Below, one piece after another: positions 8,317 to 20,302 of a stretch of 64,000 nt of DNA. The DNA lies in the NCBI GenBank assembly GCA_000002435.2, contig CM018791.1. One strand, written 5' to 3'. Position 1 is the first letter of the stretch, and every line of letters starts with the position of its first letter. Origin of the DNA: Giardia intestinalis (lineage: Eukaryota). Both the position numbers and the translations under genes were made by a program. The notes beneath the pieces are model-generated. The model had not been told where the DNA came from, ran no database searches, and worked only from the letters and a program-made list of their open reading frames with translations.

Positions 8317-11300
8317 TGAGGCTCATTAGTTTATTAGAAGTAAGAATCTACTAGTAAATATATCCAAAGCTAAAACGCCCTACCTGATTATATGTTATGC
8401 CAGACAATCCAAAAAGATCTGTCCCCTACGATACTTTGTTTAATAAATAGGAATTCATTGAGTGCCAAGTACGTCCGCTGTACACAGCCCAACACTCCCC
8501 GCCTTCTCTGAAACCCCTTACGCAACACACAGGGAAACAGAAAATCCAAAAACAAGCGGTGATGCTGCCCCATGCGCCTGCAGCTCCTCTGTCCTGCCAT
8601 TAATCTGAGGATGGTCCGGGTGTTCCCGCTGTGCACCATGTTCGCTACCGGCTCCCTTCCTGGCGCCTCTGCATCCTTGAGGAGCCAGCCCCCTGCGCCT
8701 TCTTTGCGCGGGTCGGATCCCTGCGGACCCCCGTTTGCCAGCACTCTCTTCTCAGCCCCTGTAGCATTCTCCTCCACCATATAATGTCCACGACCACTGA
8801 CTGTCGTAGGAGAGCTGCACTCAAAGACGAGCTCCTGTGAGATTCTAGGAGAAGATCGGTGTGGTCGCTAGGGTCCATGGAAGATATGAACCAGCGTAGA
8901 TTAGCCCGTGAGACGTCTTGGTTTGTTGGGCGTGGACGGCGCTATTTTTCGCTTTTTGTAGTGGATATTTTAGGATACCTTACCGCATGACAAGGACTCA
9001 ATTAGAGTTCAGGAAACGCAGGCCAACACTTCTACATTTGGACAAGAAGCACTGCCCAAACCGCGCTGTCTCCTAAGCTAAGAAACCAGGACTTTCATTA
9101 CCCCTTTTGGATCATCCTGGTGCTGTCCATTGTAGCAGTAGTAGAACCATGATTGCTCGCAGCACCTGAATTTGTTGGTATGAACGACAAAGAGTTTCTT
9201 GTGGTGGGCTACTTCGGCAGAAAAAACTTAGGCCTGTCGTGTCGCTCCGCCAGCTATTAATCAGACCCGTAATCAGCGTCCCTGTGGTCTCAGGTAAGGT
9301 ACTAGGGTAGTCGGATCTCTATCTGCTGTTAGGGAGTCGAGCAGAGTCTGATTGTCACCGTTAGTCTAACTTATGGTTGGCCCTAGGTAAACAGATCGAC
9401 TGATACAAGCATCTTATCTCTGGGCTCACGAACCATATCATACGAGGTATTGCACCACTACAGCCCAACATACTTCTCTGATGCGTAATGCGAAAAGCAG
9501 ACCTCATTGCATAGCTATAGGAGTCTGATAATACCCGACTGGGGCATTATATTTTATGTGATCTCCAGTGTAGTTTCATTAGAGGCCAGAACACCGCTGT
9601 ATACAGACTGGTATGGAAAGTGGGATCCGGCAGCATACACCTTGAGCTGGGAGTCCCATAAACATGCATTTCTGATACAATTCCGCCACGGATCTTGTAG
9701 GAGGCTGACCTAGGTCAGTGACTGGAAGGCCTTCAACAGGAAAGCGAGTGCCGTGACCGTTGAAAGCCTGTCTACTTATCGTTATGAGGGACACCCACCG
9801 ATGCTTATTGCTACGGGGTAGGTGGGGCTTGCTCGCCTGTGAGACTTGACTGGTGTGCGTTTTAGACGATCGACGAGACTGATATCACTCTCTATCTGCT
9901 GGCTCTACATGAATGGACGAACTCTGTAGTTGACCGGTTATTCTAGAACGTCCTGCGCTTATGAGGTCACAGCTACAACTTGCATTAGATAAATAAAGGG
10001 TTCCATTGGGTTGTGATGCTCCCTGTAGGTCCTACGGGGTGTGAGGCTACATCAGTGCAGTCACCGAGATAGCAGCCCTGCCTAATTGAATTTCGCAGAT
10101 CCAGAGTACAGTGCAGTGCCTTCCAGTTTATGAAATCAAGCCTACCTCAGACAACGAGGACAGATGGAGACTCGGAGATGATCAATGCTAGTCTGGGCTA
10201 CTCCAATCTTTGCTATCCGAGGGAGCAGCAAACCCGCAGAATAACAGAAGTCCACTTATGCCCCTACCCAGGAGGCCGTGCCCTAGTGGAAGTACGTGCC
10301 ACGATCGCCGCTAATACCCGTTGACGGGCCATCATCTGCGCTCAAGGTCATGAGCTGGACCACTAGTTGAATACGAAGCAACAGTAATATTATACATACA
10401 ATAAGCCGAGAAGACCAATGCTGATTGTGTACCTCCCACGCTGAGCATACTCAGTGTGCAGTGCAAAGGGTCTAACGCCCTAAATAGTTTGTTGAAACCA
10501 AATGCGTGGTGCTAATCATATGCATGTGGACTCCAAACAGCGGCTTGCGAGGAGATACTGGGGCACAAGGGCTGTCAGGCCTATATGAGACGCACAGAGG
10601 ATCCCCACGCAGTAAACCGATTGACCCTTTTCCTTGGTAGGAAGACCCTAACCTGTAGTGGCCGCCTGCATGACACATTCCTTTGTGGGACCGATGGAGG
10701 CACCTGTTGATCTAGAAAGGCCATCAATAAATGGTTGCACGAGATGGACAAGCAAGGGACAGGAGCTGACTATACCACCCTGGGTGATGAGCAATCTAAA
10801 CTACATAATGCGTGTGCCAACCTTTGGTCGAAGGTGAAGGTACACTGTAGAACACCACGTGGCCGAAAAGTGTTGTTGATGATCATCTGCCATGAGAAGA
10901 CGTAGGTGAGACATCTGCGGACAGCAACCACGCCGACTGATACCAGCCTGCGCAGTATACCTCTACAAATGATCCTTGCCTGTATACGGAGAGAACTTAA
11001 GCTTCCTCGGTTTCAAGCGAAGTGGACCCCAATAGATATTATGCTGCTACAAATGCATAAAATCAAAAAGCAGCGTCCAGCTTGTCAGCGGGCCTCACGA
11101 TCTTTCCACACTCGAAGGGCAGAAAGATACTACAGGTGTCCCTATTGCAATCCAGACCGGTAGCTGGCCTCTCTAGCACCAGCCTTGCCCAACTGGTCCG
11201 CTGGTCACCCCTACCTTCTCTGTATGAACCGGTTCTCCAGGAATCGCCATGCACGGGCAGCCTTCTACGCACTTAGCCGACATCCTCCTTTGTTAAGGTG

Positions 11301-14300
11301 TGTCATCAAGGGGTAAGTGTTATAAAGAGGGTGCAGCCCGAGGCAGACCCTCTCGCAGTCCTGTCCAACGCTAGCAGCGAGCATGCAAACAAGCACATAG
11401 ATAGGTGAGGAGCGTGCCTTAGTCCAAACCGGTCACCACACTAATATCATAACAATTGATGTGTAGAGTTCTGCCTTTAGCTTTATATGTAGGTCTAGGT
11501 CTCACCTTGAAAGGCAGCAGAGCGTTCCATAACACCTTTCTGAATGTACATTTGTCATTACAACTGGTGGAAGTGCAAGTACAGAAACTGTATGCCTGCC
11601 TAAAAGGGTATCTAGTGCGATTAACTGCTATTCCTTGCTAGCAACAGATGGGTTAGATATTATGGTATCTATGCTACCTACTAGGACGGCACATGGCTAT
11701 GCATGGATCATCAGAGAAGCCGCTGTAATGCTTGTTCAATCTATTGGACAAGTGCAGCTTCTTGTCGCAACAAATGTGGCGGCGGGCAGGCCACCAATGT
11801 AAGCCAGGTGAACTGCCTATCCCGGTGCAGCTGTGCGCATCTAAAAGTTGGAGTACCTCTCCATAAAAGCGACACACCATCTATATATCTTTTTGCCTCA
11901 CTTTGTGCTATTCACAGGCTGTAATGCCTCAGAAGTCAGGGCTAGTGCAGAGTGCCCCAAACAATCCGTCTAGGGGACCAAGGTCGATACCGTGCATAAT
12001 ACATCCTCCTAGGGAGACAGCGGCTGCCGTCGTCGTCCCGGATTTTTTGGTGTCAGACAATCGGGCCCGTGGTGAGTTTACTCCTCGCAGCCCCTGTCCT
12101 GCATATCGAGGCTGACTTCTGGTTGCTTAAGTCGCGGACGAGGAGGTGATGCAGAGCGTCAGTCGCTGGGCTACCTTTTATCCGCACATGGTCCTGAATG
12201 GCAGGTCAGACAGTGCACAACTTCCTCTTCTACTCTGAATGTAGTGTCACCTATCTGAGATATATGCGCTTCCAGGGAGTGATTGGGTAGCATCTGGAGC
12301 TGCTCATGATGGGCATAGTCACTATTCATTTAGCTCTGCCCTTTTCCCAGCCATCAGGGGATACATCTTTAGCTACGTGCCCTAAAGTACTGCATAGCGA
12401 TAACAAGACGGCACCATTACCCCTCAGGTCTTCTTGGCTTGTCCGGCAGTGTGGACTTACCAGATGCATCGACACGACTATGGATACCTTACAGCATCGC
12501 ACCCACCCAGCTCACTGTGCACCCTGTCCCATCTAGAGAGTAGCCCAGTCGTGCACAGGAACCCTCAATTCCCATCCAGGGCCTGGTCCAATGCTCAGCT
12601 GGCTTGAACTCCCTGCTGTACCGTGTTGGATGCCGCGCTGAAGCTATCGGTCCGGCGATGCTCTGGGCACACCACTCCACACTCGCGCCGTCATAGAGCA
12701 CCGGTCCTCAAGCCGCCCGTGGCCCATTACGAGAGCTGTGGGGCATGACCGCACGCAGAGTGCCTGAATCAGTATGTCGTCTACCCGCTAATATGCTTCA
12801 CTAGTGCCCATCGATTCCGCTAGCACCTGTGAACGAAGACGTGTTGCTATGGTCGCACAGCTTTTTATATGTCCTAAAGACTCTCATGCTATACAGTACA
12901 AGGTTTGTTGCCTGGCAGTGGTTCCATGATACTGAGACTTTAAAAGGGGCCTTAAGTGTCTCCAGTCCCGTTCAGAGAGGAGGAGTACAAAAGGGCTAGC
13001 CACTTTCCAACGTGACTTAGAATAGTTAGAATATTGTGTGAAGGCATCTTATCACGTGACCAGCGCGGTGTCCTGCTCCCCGTCACCGATGTGAGGGCTG
13101 GTCCGCTGAGTTAGCATCAAGGCAGAGCACCACCCAACAGTGCGGGCGAGACTTATAACTTGTTCCTTCAATGTGCAGCTGCTTCGACTGAGGTTGCTAA
13201 AGTGTGGGTCCAGTAGCCACTATGCCCGTTGTACTGACAACGACAGCATGCCACTTGCTGTAGGCGCCATCTACCTCCAGGCATGCCCTCCACCGTCGTG
13301 CTGCCTCTGGTGCACTATGCGGCTTGTATGATGATTCATGTCCCCGGCGACCAATGGGAGTGTTGTCCCCGTGCCATCTTGATATCGAGTCTGATAACTG
13401 CTAAACAGAACTCCAGATGTGTATAGCCTCATATGGTAGTCTTGATGGACACACACATGCGTAATAGTTATACTGCAAGATCTAATAACAGCAGCTGGCC
13501 ACTCGCATTGAGGTGAGATACCAGACAGACGTAGAAGTGGAAGACCCAAGAGAAGCCGTACCTGTGATGAACTACAGATACGAAGAGACTCACCTGTCAC
13601 TGCCACGGGAACATGGCCTTATGCAGAGCATCAGCAAGCAATGCCACGAGCAGTACTCTGACTGTGCAGCAGCAAAGTGGCCGATGATATGGAATGCTGA
13701 CACATCTGCTGCCGTCATGGATGGACTGGCAAGCCAGACAAGGATGCTTTACCCTGAGATGAGCTGGCATGAAATTGTGTATGACTGGAGGACACTTCCT
13801 TGTTATGCCTGCTATCGGAAACCAGCTCATGAGATGGACAACCTTGGAGTGGTCAGCCCCCGCGTTCTCCCAGACATCAAAACTGTGAGGGTCTCTGTGA
13901 GTTCTCATGTTCTCGTTTAGTCACGCTGACTTGTCCTCAGAAGCAGTCATAACTGTCGGGCCTGTTCGGATGCCACTCCCCTGCAGGCCTCGGTGCTTTG
14001 AGCACGGTTTCCAGGCTGCATGCGTACGTTGAGGGACATCAGGTACGTCATCTGCTCCCTACTTTCTGAGCCTGCTATGACAAGAGTAGCCCTCACTAGT
14101 CTGAACCAGCCACGCCTCCTGGCGTCTCACCCCGGAAGTTGCAGGGATCAGACAGCTGGTGGCCTTATTTACGTTATGGCTGCCATGATGGCAAATCTAC
14201 TATCAGAGTTTTGATGAAATCCTCTTCGCTGTCCCTGGCGGACCTCCAACTCTTCAATGGGATAGATACGGGGCACAGTCTACCGACACTTCCAGCGAGG

Positions 14301-17300
14301 ATAGCAGGCGCAGTGCTCTCGATACCAATGATGGATCTACAAGAGGGAGCAGATCTTCTGCATGCCCCTGCCAGGAAGTGGCGCTGACGTGGGCCAAACG
14401 TATTGTCCCCGAGATGTCCTTGGAAGGTTGAGACCTCTGCTGATAGCAATCAAGGACTGGGCCAGCAGGTAACTCTAGGAGGATTCGGGTCCAGCTTCAG
14501 CCAGGAGTGTTTGTAAAGCAGCACCCGTGCAGTGAGGCTTCGAGAATCATCCAAGTGGCACTATCCAAGGACCACTTCCCCGAGAGAACAGAAGGTTGGG
14601 GGACCGACTCCTGAAGGGCGCTCTCGCAGTCTACTGAACAGAAGAGAGGGCCAGAAAGCAACAATCATCTCTGGATCCACAGCTCTTCTATCATAGAGAC
14701 ACTGGGATGGTCAGAGCACTCCCCTCAAGAAGAACAGGAAGTAACATAGCGGCACAGCGCTGATGCTCATGGAATATGGTTGATGAGCCCCTGGCTTCTG
14801 CTGGATACGAGATGCGTGCTGAGAGCAAGGTGTCTGGATTGGGACGGTTATGCCTCTCCAGAGAAGAGGCAGGAGGCGCCGTCATAGATGGGCATGTGCC
14901 TGAAGGAGACACACAGGGCGGTGGCTGCTCTGCTGGCAACAGAGGACAATCCGAAGCATGCAGGTCTCAAACAAAGAAACGTGCATTCTGAAGAACTATC
15001 GACGCTAAGGAACGAGCCAGTTCTCTGTATCACCCGGCAGAGGAGTATAAGGGCTGCTACTCGCTTCTCAAGCTTCTCACTCAACTTAGACTTCCCTGGC
15101 TTCCGATTACCACATGGACCACTGAGAGTGCTAACTGCTCTTCCAATCCACAATAGATGCGGAGCAATAGCAAGCTTCGTTTGAGCGCAGTACTAAGCAG
15201 CGTAATATATGCAAAGACAGCTCTTAGAAGTCAATGTAAGGTATCATCTTGGTAACGGCAATCGCCCTTGAATCAGCCGTTCAGTGGAGACAGGGGTCTA
15301 ATACGGCACAGTTGGGCCATATACAGGCAGTGGGTGTAAGAGCTATTGTAGACAGACACCGCCGCTAAGAACGCCAGAGGGGAGCTCCCATCAGCTAATG
15401 TGTTTCCAGAGCCACGTCTCTAGCGGAGCATGGCCTCCCGCAGTAAGATTTTGCAGGTGTCACCTGTAGTAATTCTGGATGCTTTATGGGGTGAAGCAGC
15501 TTATCCACAGACTTCACGAGACCGGGGCTGCCCACATAGCTACTAAGGTGAGAGAGTGTGATTGTACGGAGCAACGCTATGTCTGCTCTTCCATCACTTA
15601 GCGGCCAGAGGATTGCTCTCAGGCTGCACCTCCGCTCATAAGTGTGCGAGGGTTCCTCTAGTGATTGTCTCGTTGGCTAGTTAGCTACAGATGCCATGGC
15701 GACATAGATCACTAGTGCATACGCTGGGTTACTTTTTGCTAGAGCAGACAGAGGCATGACAGATCAATCCAGGAGCGTCTTCTCACGTCGCACGAAAATG
15801 TGGATCTACACACTAGGGGTGCATTCTCATAAACAGCTTCCTCTGCCATGACTCAGAGCTATCAGGCGAGCAGTGACGCTTCAGAGCCATCTGCCTCCTC
15901 TATGCGAGAGTTACTCGATAGACCAGAGTCGCTGCCAGAAGGTGTGCTTTGCAGCAGACAGAGTATCTCGTGTCTCAAGCCTGTCTGGCCGTACTAGGAA
16001 CTGAAGCCATGCCGCTAAGCCTCAGTGGATCAGAAAGCACTCCGCAGCCAGTGTGACTCTTGTGATGTTAGCTTCTGAGGCTATGGAGGAGCCCTTGGCC
16101 TCGTGGTCTTTGCACTATGGGTCCACTCATTTGGCCGTCTTACTCAGATGAGTAGAACGCGGTGCCTTCTGCAAGTCCCTATACTGCGAGTTCGCGCTAG
16201 GATCCATTAGTGTCTAACTAGTTTGGTGGAACTCTGCTCTTATCCCCACAAGTTTGTTACTGCAGATAACTCACTGTATTGACTCTATGGTGATCGCAAG
16301 TATTCCAAAGCTGGGGAACTGTCTGTTAGAGCTACCGGTCCCGGCCTTCATTAAGCCCGCGATTGCCTCATCAAAGCCTCCACACACTACGAAGCAGGTT
16401 TCTACCCGTCTGCTATGTACCTATGGTCTGCCTTAGACTTCGTGTGTCAGAGTCTGGTGTTGAAGGATGCGATTCTGCGTAGCTTAGTCAAAGCCTTACT
16501 AATTGGGTATCTGCTCTCATCTATCCGGATCAAGGATCTGTTGGCGACTATGCCTGAATCTGTTCTCTGCAGGAGTGTCCTCTCGGGCTGTAGATATCCT
16601 CTGTCCTCGAAGTGGTGCTAGTTCAAGCTGTCACAGTAAGTGGGGGCTCCTGCAGCCAGTGGAGTCAGCGTCTTCTGACCCGACATGCACCAGGGCCTCC
16701 AGAAGCAGCGACCTCCATCTGCCATGGCTAGTAAATGCCCTCCATAGAGCTTATACGGTGACATGGCCTTCCAAGCCGTAACGCCTAGGGTTGCGGATGG
16801 ATGTAAGCGATTGCTTCATAGAGTATTGCGACTATCAATAGCAGGGGAAATGAGAACAACAAGTAGCGGCAGCAGACCGTAGAGCAGCAGGTAGGAACGG
16901 GACTGGGTCGCGTTCGCTCTTCTACACTAAACTGGATCGTCTCTCTAAAAGACTCAGAGAGACGCAGCAGTGTCTCCGCGACTGTAAAGCAAGCCTAGTC
17001 AATTACCAGGCTTGTAAGAGAAACATGCAGCCAGACGCTGTAACTGCTGTCCGAGCAAATCCCTCATGCAAGTGCCATGCAAAGAACTTCCCTGCTTGTT
17101 CATCATCTGAAGTCAGGGAATCGAGGTTCAGATGTTGTCCCATTTTGGTGACAAAGGAGAATGCTTCTTCCCTCAAGGCGATAGCGAGTGCAGATGAGCG
17201 TTTGAAGCTGGCAATGGCGCCGATCACTCGCCACGCTTGTCGAGATGGACCCACACGTGATTCATATGAATCCCTTGACAAGAGATGAGGCCCTTGGGGT

Positions 17301-18181
17301 GCTTGGCTGACGGAGGCAAATTGAACACATGACCGCACCGAAGAGCGGTGGCGGCCTGGGCCACCTGCCGGGCGTCTGCTACAACAGCTGGCAGTGCCTG
17401 ACACCCTCGAGTAGGCGGACACTAAGCGAGACGACCTGACGGTGAACCGGTCCTGATCGCTCTTGGTGCTTCGGATGACGCCCCTCGGAGAGGTGGCCCT
17501 GGACTGACGCCTCGACAGACCGAAGCATCACCCCAAGTGTGCTGTGCAGATGGACCAGCCCACACGTCAGCCGAGCCAGACGCACTGCATAGAATGATGC
17601 GCCGACACGGTCTCGTGCTGGGTGACGGAGCACCTGCAAGAGTGCACTGTGATCCATGAGCAGAGGGCCATACTTCTCCCCCGACACAACACATGGGAGC
17701 TGTCCGTGGCATCCACAAACGCGTACCACAACTCCAAGATAGAGGCGCACGGGGAGCAGACCCTCCAATCATACTCGAGACTGATGGTATAATCCACGAG
17801 GAGACGAAGAGGCACCCCAAGGAACGAGGTAGACACCCGAAGTCATAGCGTATCCCATCTTTGTCATGGAGTACCAGAACCCTGGATTCTGTGGAGGCTA
17901 GACTACTCCCAAGGTCAGGTCACCGCAACTAATGCAAGGTCCTGAGATAGTAGGTGCCCACTAGTGCCAGACGGTAGTTGACCCCGACGGGCCAGAGGAT
18001 GGGACGTCCTGGAAGGCACCGTGGAAGCAAGCGATGGCCACCGGGGGAAGGAACACAACATCTTCTTCTCCCGCCGGAGATGGATGGAATCCAGCTTTCA
18101 GAGTCTGATTCCGGGCTTTGCCCAGAGCGGAGCGGCCCGTGTGGGACTTGCTCGGATATATCTCTTCAATAAAATCTATAT

Positions 18182-18808
18182 ATGAGACAGGGGCGTGGCC
18201 AAATTACATATACAGCGCCTCCATTGCAGCAGCCGGCCATTCAAACTCAACAGAATATAGTGTCCATACAGCCTATTGGTCATTCTGGTGCGCCAAGACT
18301 AGACTTTTCTGGACAGCTTTTGCAGACTCTTCAACAAGAGAAGCACATATTCAGCGACGAAGAGCTTGCATTGCCGTCTCTTCATTCAGCTCTGCCATGT
18401 ATTTCAGCAAAAGTTAGTACTACTGCCCGATGGCCTCCAGTACGGCCTAGCTTAGGAAATGTGTGGAATACGGCGTCTACAAAACATATTTCAACGATCC
18501 CAACCACAACTGACTTCCCAAAACCGTGCTCTTCATGGCTAGAGTCACTCAATACGATCTATCTGCAAGACGAGGACACGCTTTTTCTTATATGGATCGT
18601 TATGCCGGGAACACAGGCCCAGGAGCTGGCTGGCGCCGCCCTTGAGAAGCTTGGATGGCGCTACGATATCGACTCATCGGTTTGGTATCTCTGTGACACA
18701 CAAAATAAGGTGCTTTACTACGATACAGTAACCATGAGCCGGAAGGACTCCCTCAGTGCGCCATCTAACCTCTCAAAATGCTCGTTCTACATAGATGGGC
18801 ATATCTAA
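18182..18808 (+). CDS. CCR4-NOT complex NOT2/NOT3/NOT5-family protein (NOT-box), 208 aa.
   Basis: ATG at 18182 preceded by AT-rich caataaaatctatatATG. The C-terminal EDTLFLIWIVMPGTQAQELAGAALEKLGWRYDIDSSVWYL matches the NOT-box of CNOT2 (EDLLFYLYYMNGGDVLQLLAAVELFNRDWRYHKEERVW, recalled from memory). The N-terminus is Gln-rich. Confidence 0.7.
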   Translation: MRQGRGQITYTAPPLQQPAIQTQQNIVSIQPIGHSGAPRLDFSGQLLQTLQQEKHIFSDEELALPSLHSALPCISAKVSTTARWPPVRPSLGNVWNTASTKHISTIPTTTDFPKPCSSWLESLNTIYLQDEDTLFLIWIVMPGTQAQELAGAALEKLGWRYDIDSSVWYLCDTQNKVLYYDTVTMSRKDSLSAPSNLSKCSFYIDGHI

Positions 18809-18826
18809 TCTAATGTCTCTTTATTA

Positions 18827-20176
18827 TCACTCGTTGCTTCCGAAGATTGTCATCGATTGGTCGCCGCGGCACCCTATACCAGAATGCTCGTAGTCCTGCA
18901 TGTGAGTTTCACTTATATATTGCAGCCTGCACCCAGTACCACAAAGACATCTTTTTCTAGGCTTAATATTGCGATTTGTTAACCCAATGGTTGCTGTGCT
19001 TCTATAGAATGTACACATTGCCTCTACAATAATCTTCAAACAGCGATAACAGCAAAGCATTCCCTCACTGACGAACGAGTCTGCTCCGACGTACGGATAA
19101 AACGAGGCCGAATATTGGGCTTGAAGTGTACCGAGCAGTTCTTCCCACCCGTCCTCAATATATGTCTCTCCCTTTATCTGCTTATATATCTCGCATTCCA
19201 CTTGATTTCCGTACAAGGCTGTTAGGTCGCCAACAATAGTTTTTACCTCTTTTGGACTCCATTCTGGTAAGTATCTTATTAGTCTTACATCGGCACTATT
19301 ATTTGGAAAAGTGAATTCTTCTTTATGACGCTTACAAACAACGCAGATATAGGCTTCGTCTTTTTGATGGATTGCATTATCGAGGAAGGTTAGCAAATCT
19401 GGAAACGTGATCACCCCAGGGTCTATCTTTATACCGTTCTTTTGTAGCCCTGTAGTGATATGGGAGTATATATCAAGCGAGTAAGACAGGGTACTCTCAG
19501 ACTTTGTACATGTAAGCTCGGACGTTTGCTGACTCTGAGACTCCTCCGGATCAGCCCCTTGAACATCTGAAGGATTATTTGCTAGGAAAACCATTATGGA
19601 CGATTCCAGAGCTAAGTTCGGAAATATGGACTGTGGACCGAAGTGGCTGCACTTATCATGAATGCATATGCTCTCCAGCACGGGCGATGTGTGGGAGAAT
19701 ACATCAAATGAAAGGCTCAATCGCCCACTGCGGACCTCGTGGAGCTTAAGACACGGAAGGCAAAGGCTATGGCCACACCTGGTAAAGGTGTATGGATGCA
19801 GCAAAATAGTCTTGCAAAGGGGGCAAAGAAATGAACGGCGCATCGATAATTGGAAGGAGTCAACAAATCCATAGGGTATGGATTCAGCTGCCAGCATGTT
19901 GGAGAGCATAAGGATACGCTTGCGAGCAGGCTCAGCGCTTTGGGTAATGTGATCAAAGATTTTCTGCTCATCTACATTCTTGGGAGACGGCGGCTCTTCC
20001 ATGAGCTCGGCGTTTGTAGCATCCTTTAGGACGTAGTTTCTATAGCGTAAATTAAGGAGCTTAGTCTTTCCTAGATCGATCCGCTGAGGCGTTTCCGAAG
20101 ATTCAGAGTCGCTGGAGCTATGTGACTCGTCACCCAACGAGGACCTAGACGAGCTTTCCGACGAAAAGGATGACAT
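18827..20176 (-). CDS. RING-finger (C3HC4-type) protein, 449 aa, family unknown.
   Basis: ATG (cat) at 20174-20176. Motif CPLCKTILLHPYTFTRCGHSLCLPC plus Ser/acidic N-terminus. Convergent with the NOT2 gene, 18 bp apart. Confidence 0.6.
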   Translation of the reverse strand: MSSFSSESSSRSSLGDESHSSSDSESSETPQRIDLGKTKLLNLRYRNYVLKDATNAELMEEPPSPKNVDEQKIFDHITQSAEPARKRILMLSNMLAAESIPYGFVDSFQLSMRRSFLCPLCKTILLHPYTFTRCGHSLCLPCLKLHEVRSGRLSLSFDVFSHTSPVLESICIHDKCSHFGPQSIFPNLALESSIMVFLANNPSDVQGADPEESQSQQTSELTCTKSESTLSYSLDIYSHITTGLQKNGIKIDPGVITFPDLLTFLDNAIHQKDEAYICVVCKRHKEEFTFPNNSADVRLIRYLPEWSPKEVKTIVGDLTALYGNQVECEIYKQIKGETYIEDGWEELLGTLQAQYSASFYPYVGADSFVSEGMLCCYRCLKIIVEAMCTFYRSTATIGLTNRNIKPRKRCLCGTGCRLQYISETHMQDYEHSGIGCRGDQSMTIFGSNE

Positions 20177-20302
20177 TTGAATTTTCTGATGGCCCTGAGA
20201 ACTGGTCCTTCATTTTTCCTGGGCAGACATATTACGAGCCATCTTATTGTAGATTTATACTGTGGGGTCTAGGTTCGCAAAGTTGGTAGACGAGGAAATA
20301 AA

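Larger units (their letters stand above)
5856..10016. repeat. Right arm of the inverted repeat (mirror of 1..4160).
   Basis: Same evidence as the left arm. It is unknown whether identity continues beyond 10016, because the mirror positions lie outside the window. Confidence 0.95.

Noticed and set aside
17003-17836. Three overlapping minus-strand ORFs (129-139 aa) in different frames, possibly a frameshifted pseudogene.
   Set aside because: None of the translations shows any motif I can recognise and the lengths are within chance expectation. Kept only as part of the gene-desert finding, not annotated as a pseudogene.
20251-20300. tRNA-like T-loop resemblance (ggttcgcaaag) upstream of the MGRN1-like gene, and gtcgaatcc inside the ankyrin gene at about 38235.
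   Set aside because: No acceptor-stem or anticodon-arm complementarity could be built around either. Both are most likely chance matches, and one lies inside a CDS.
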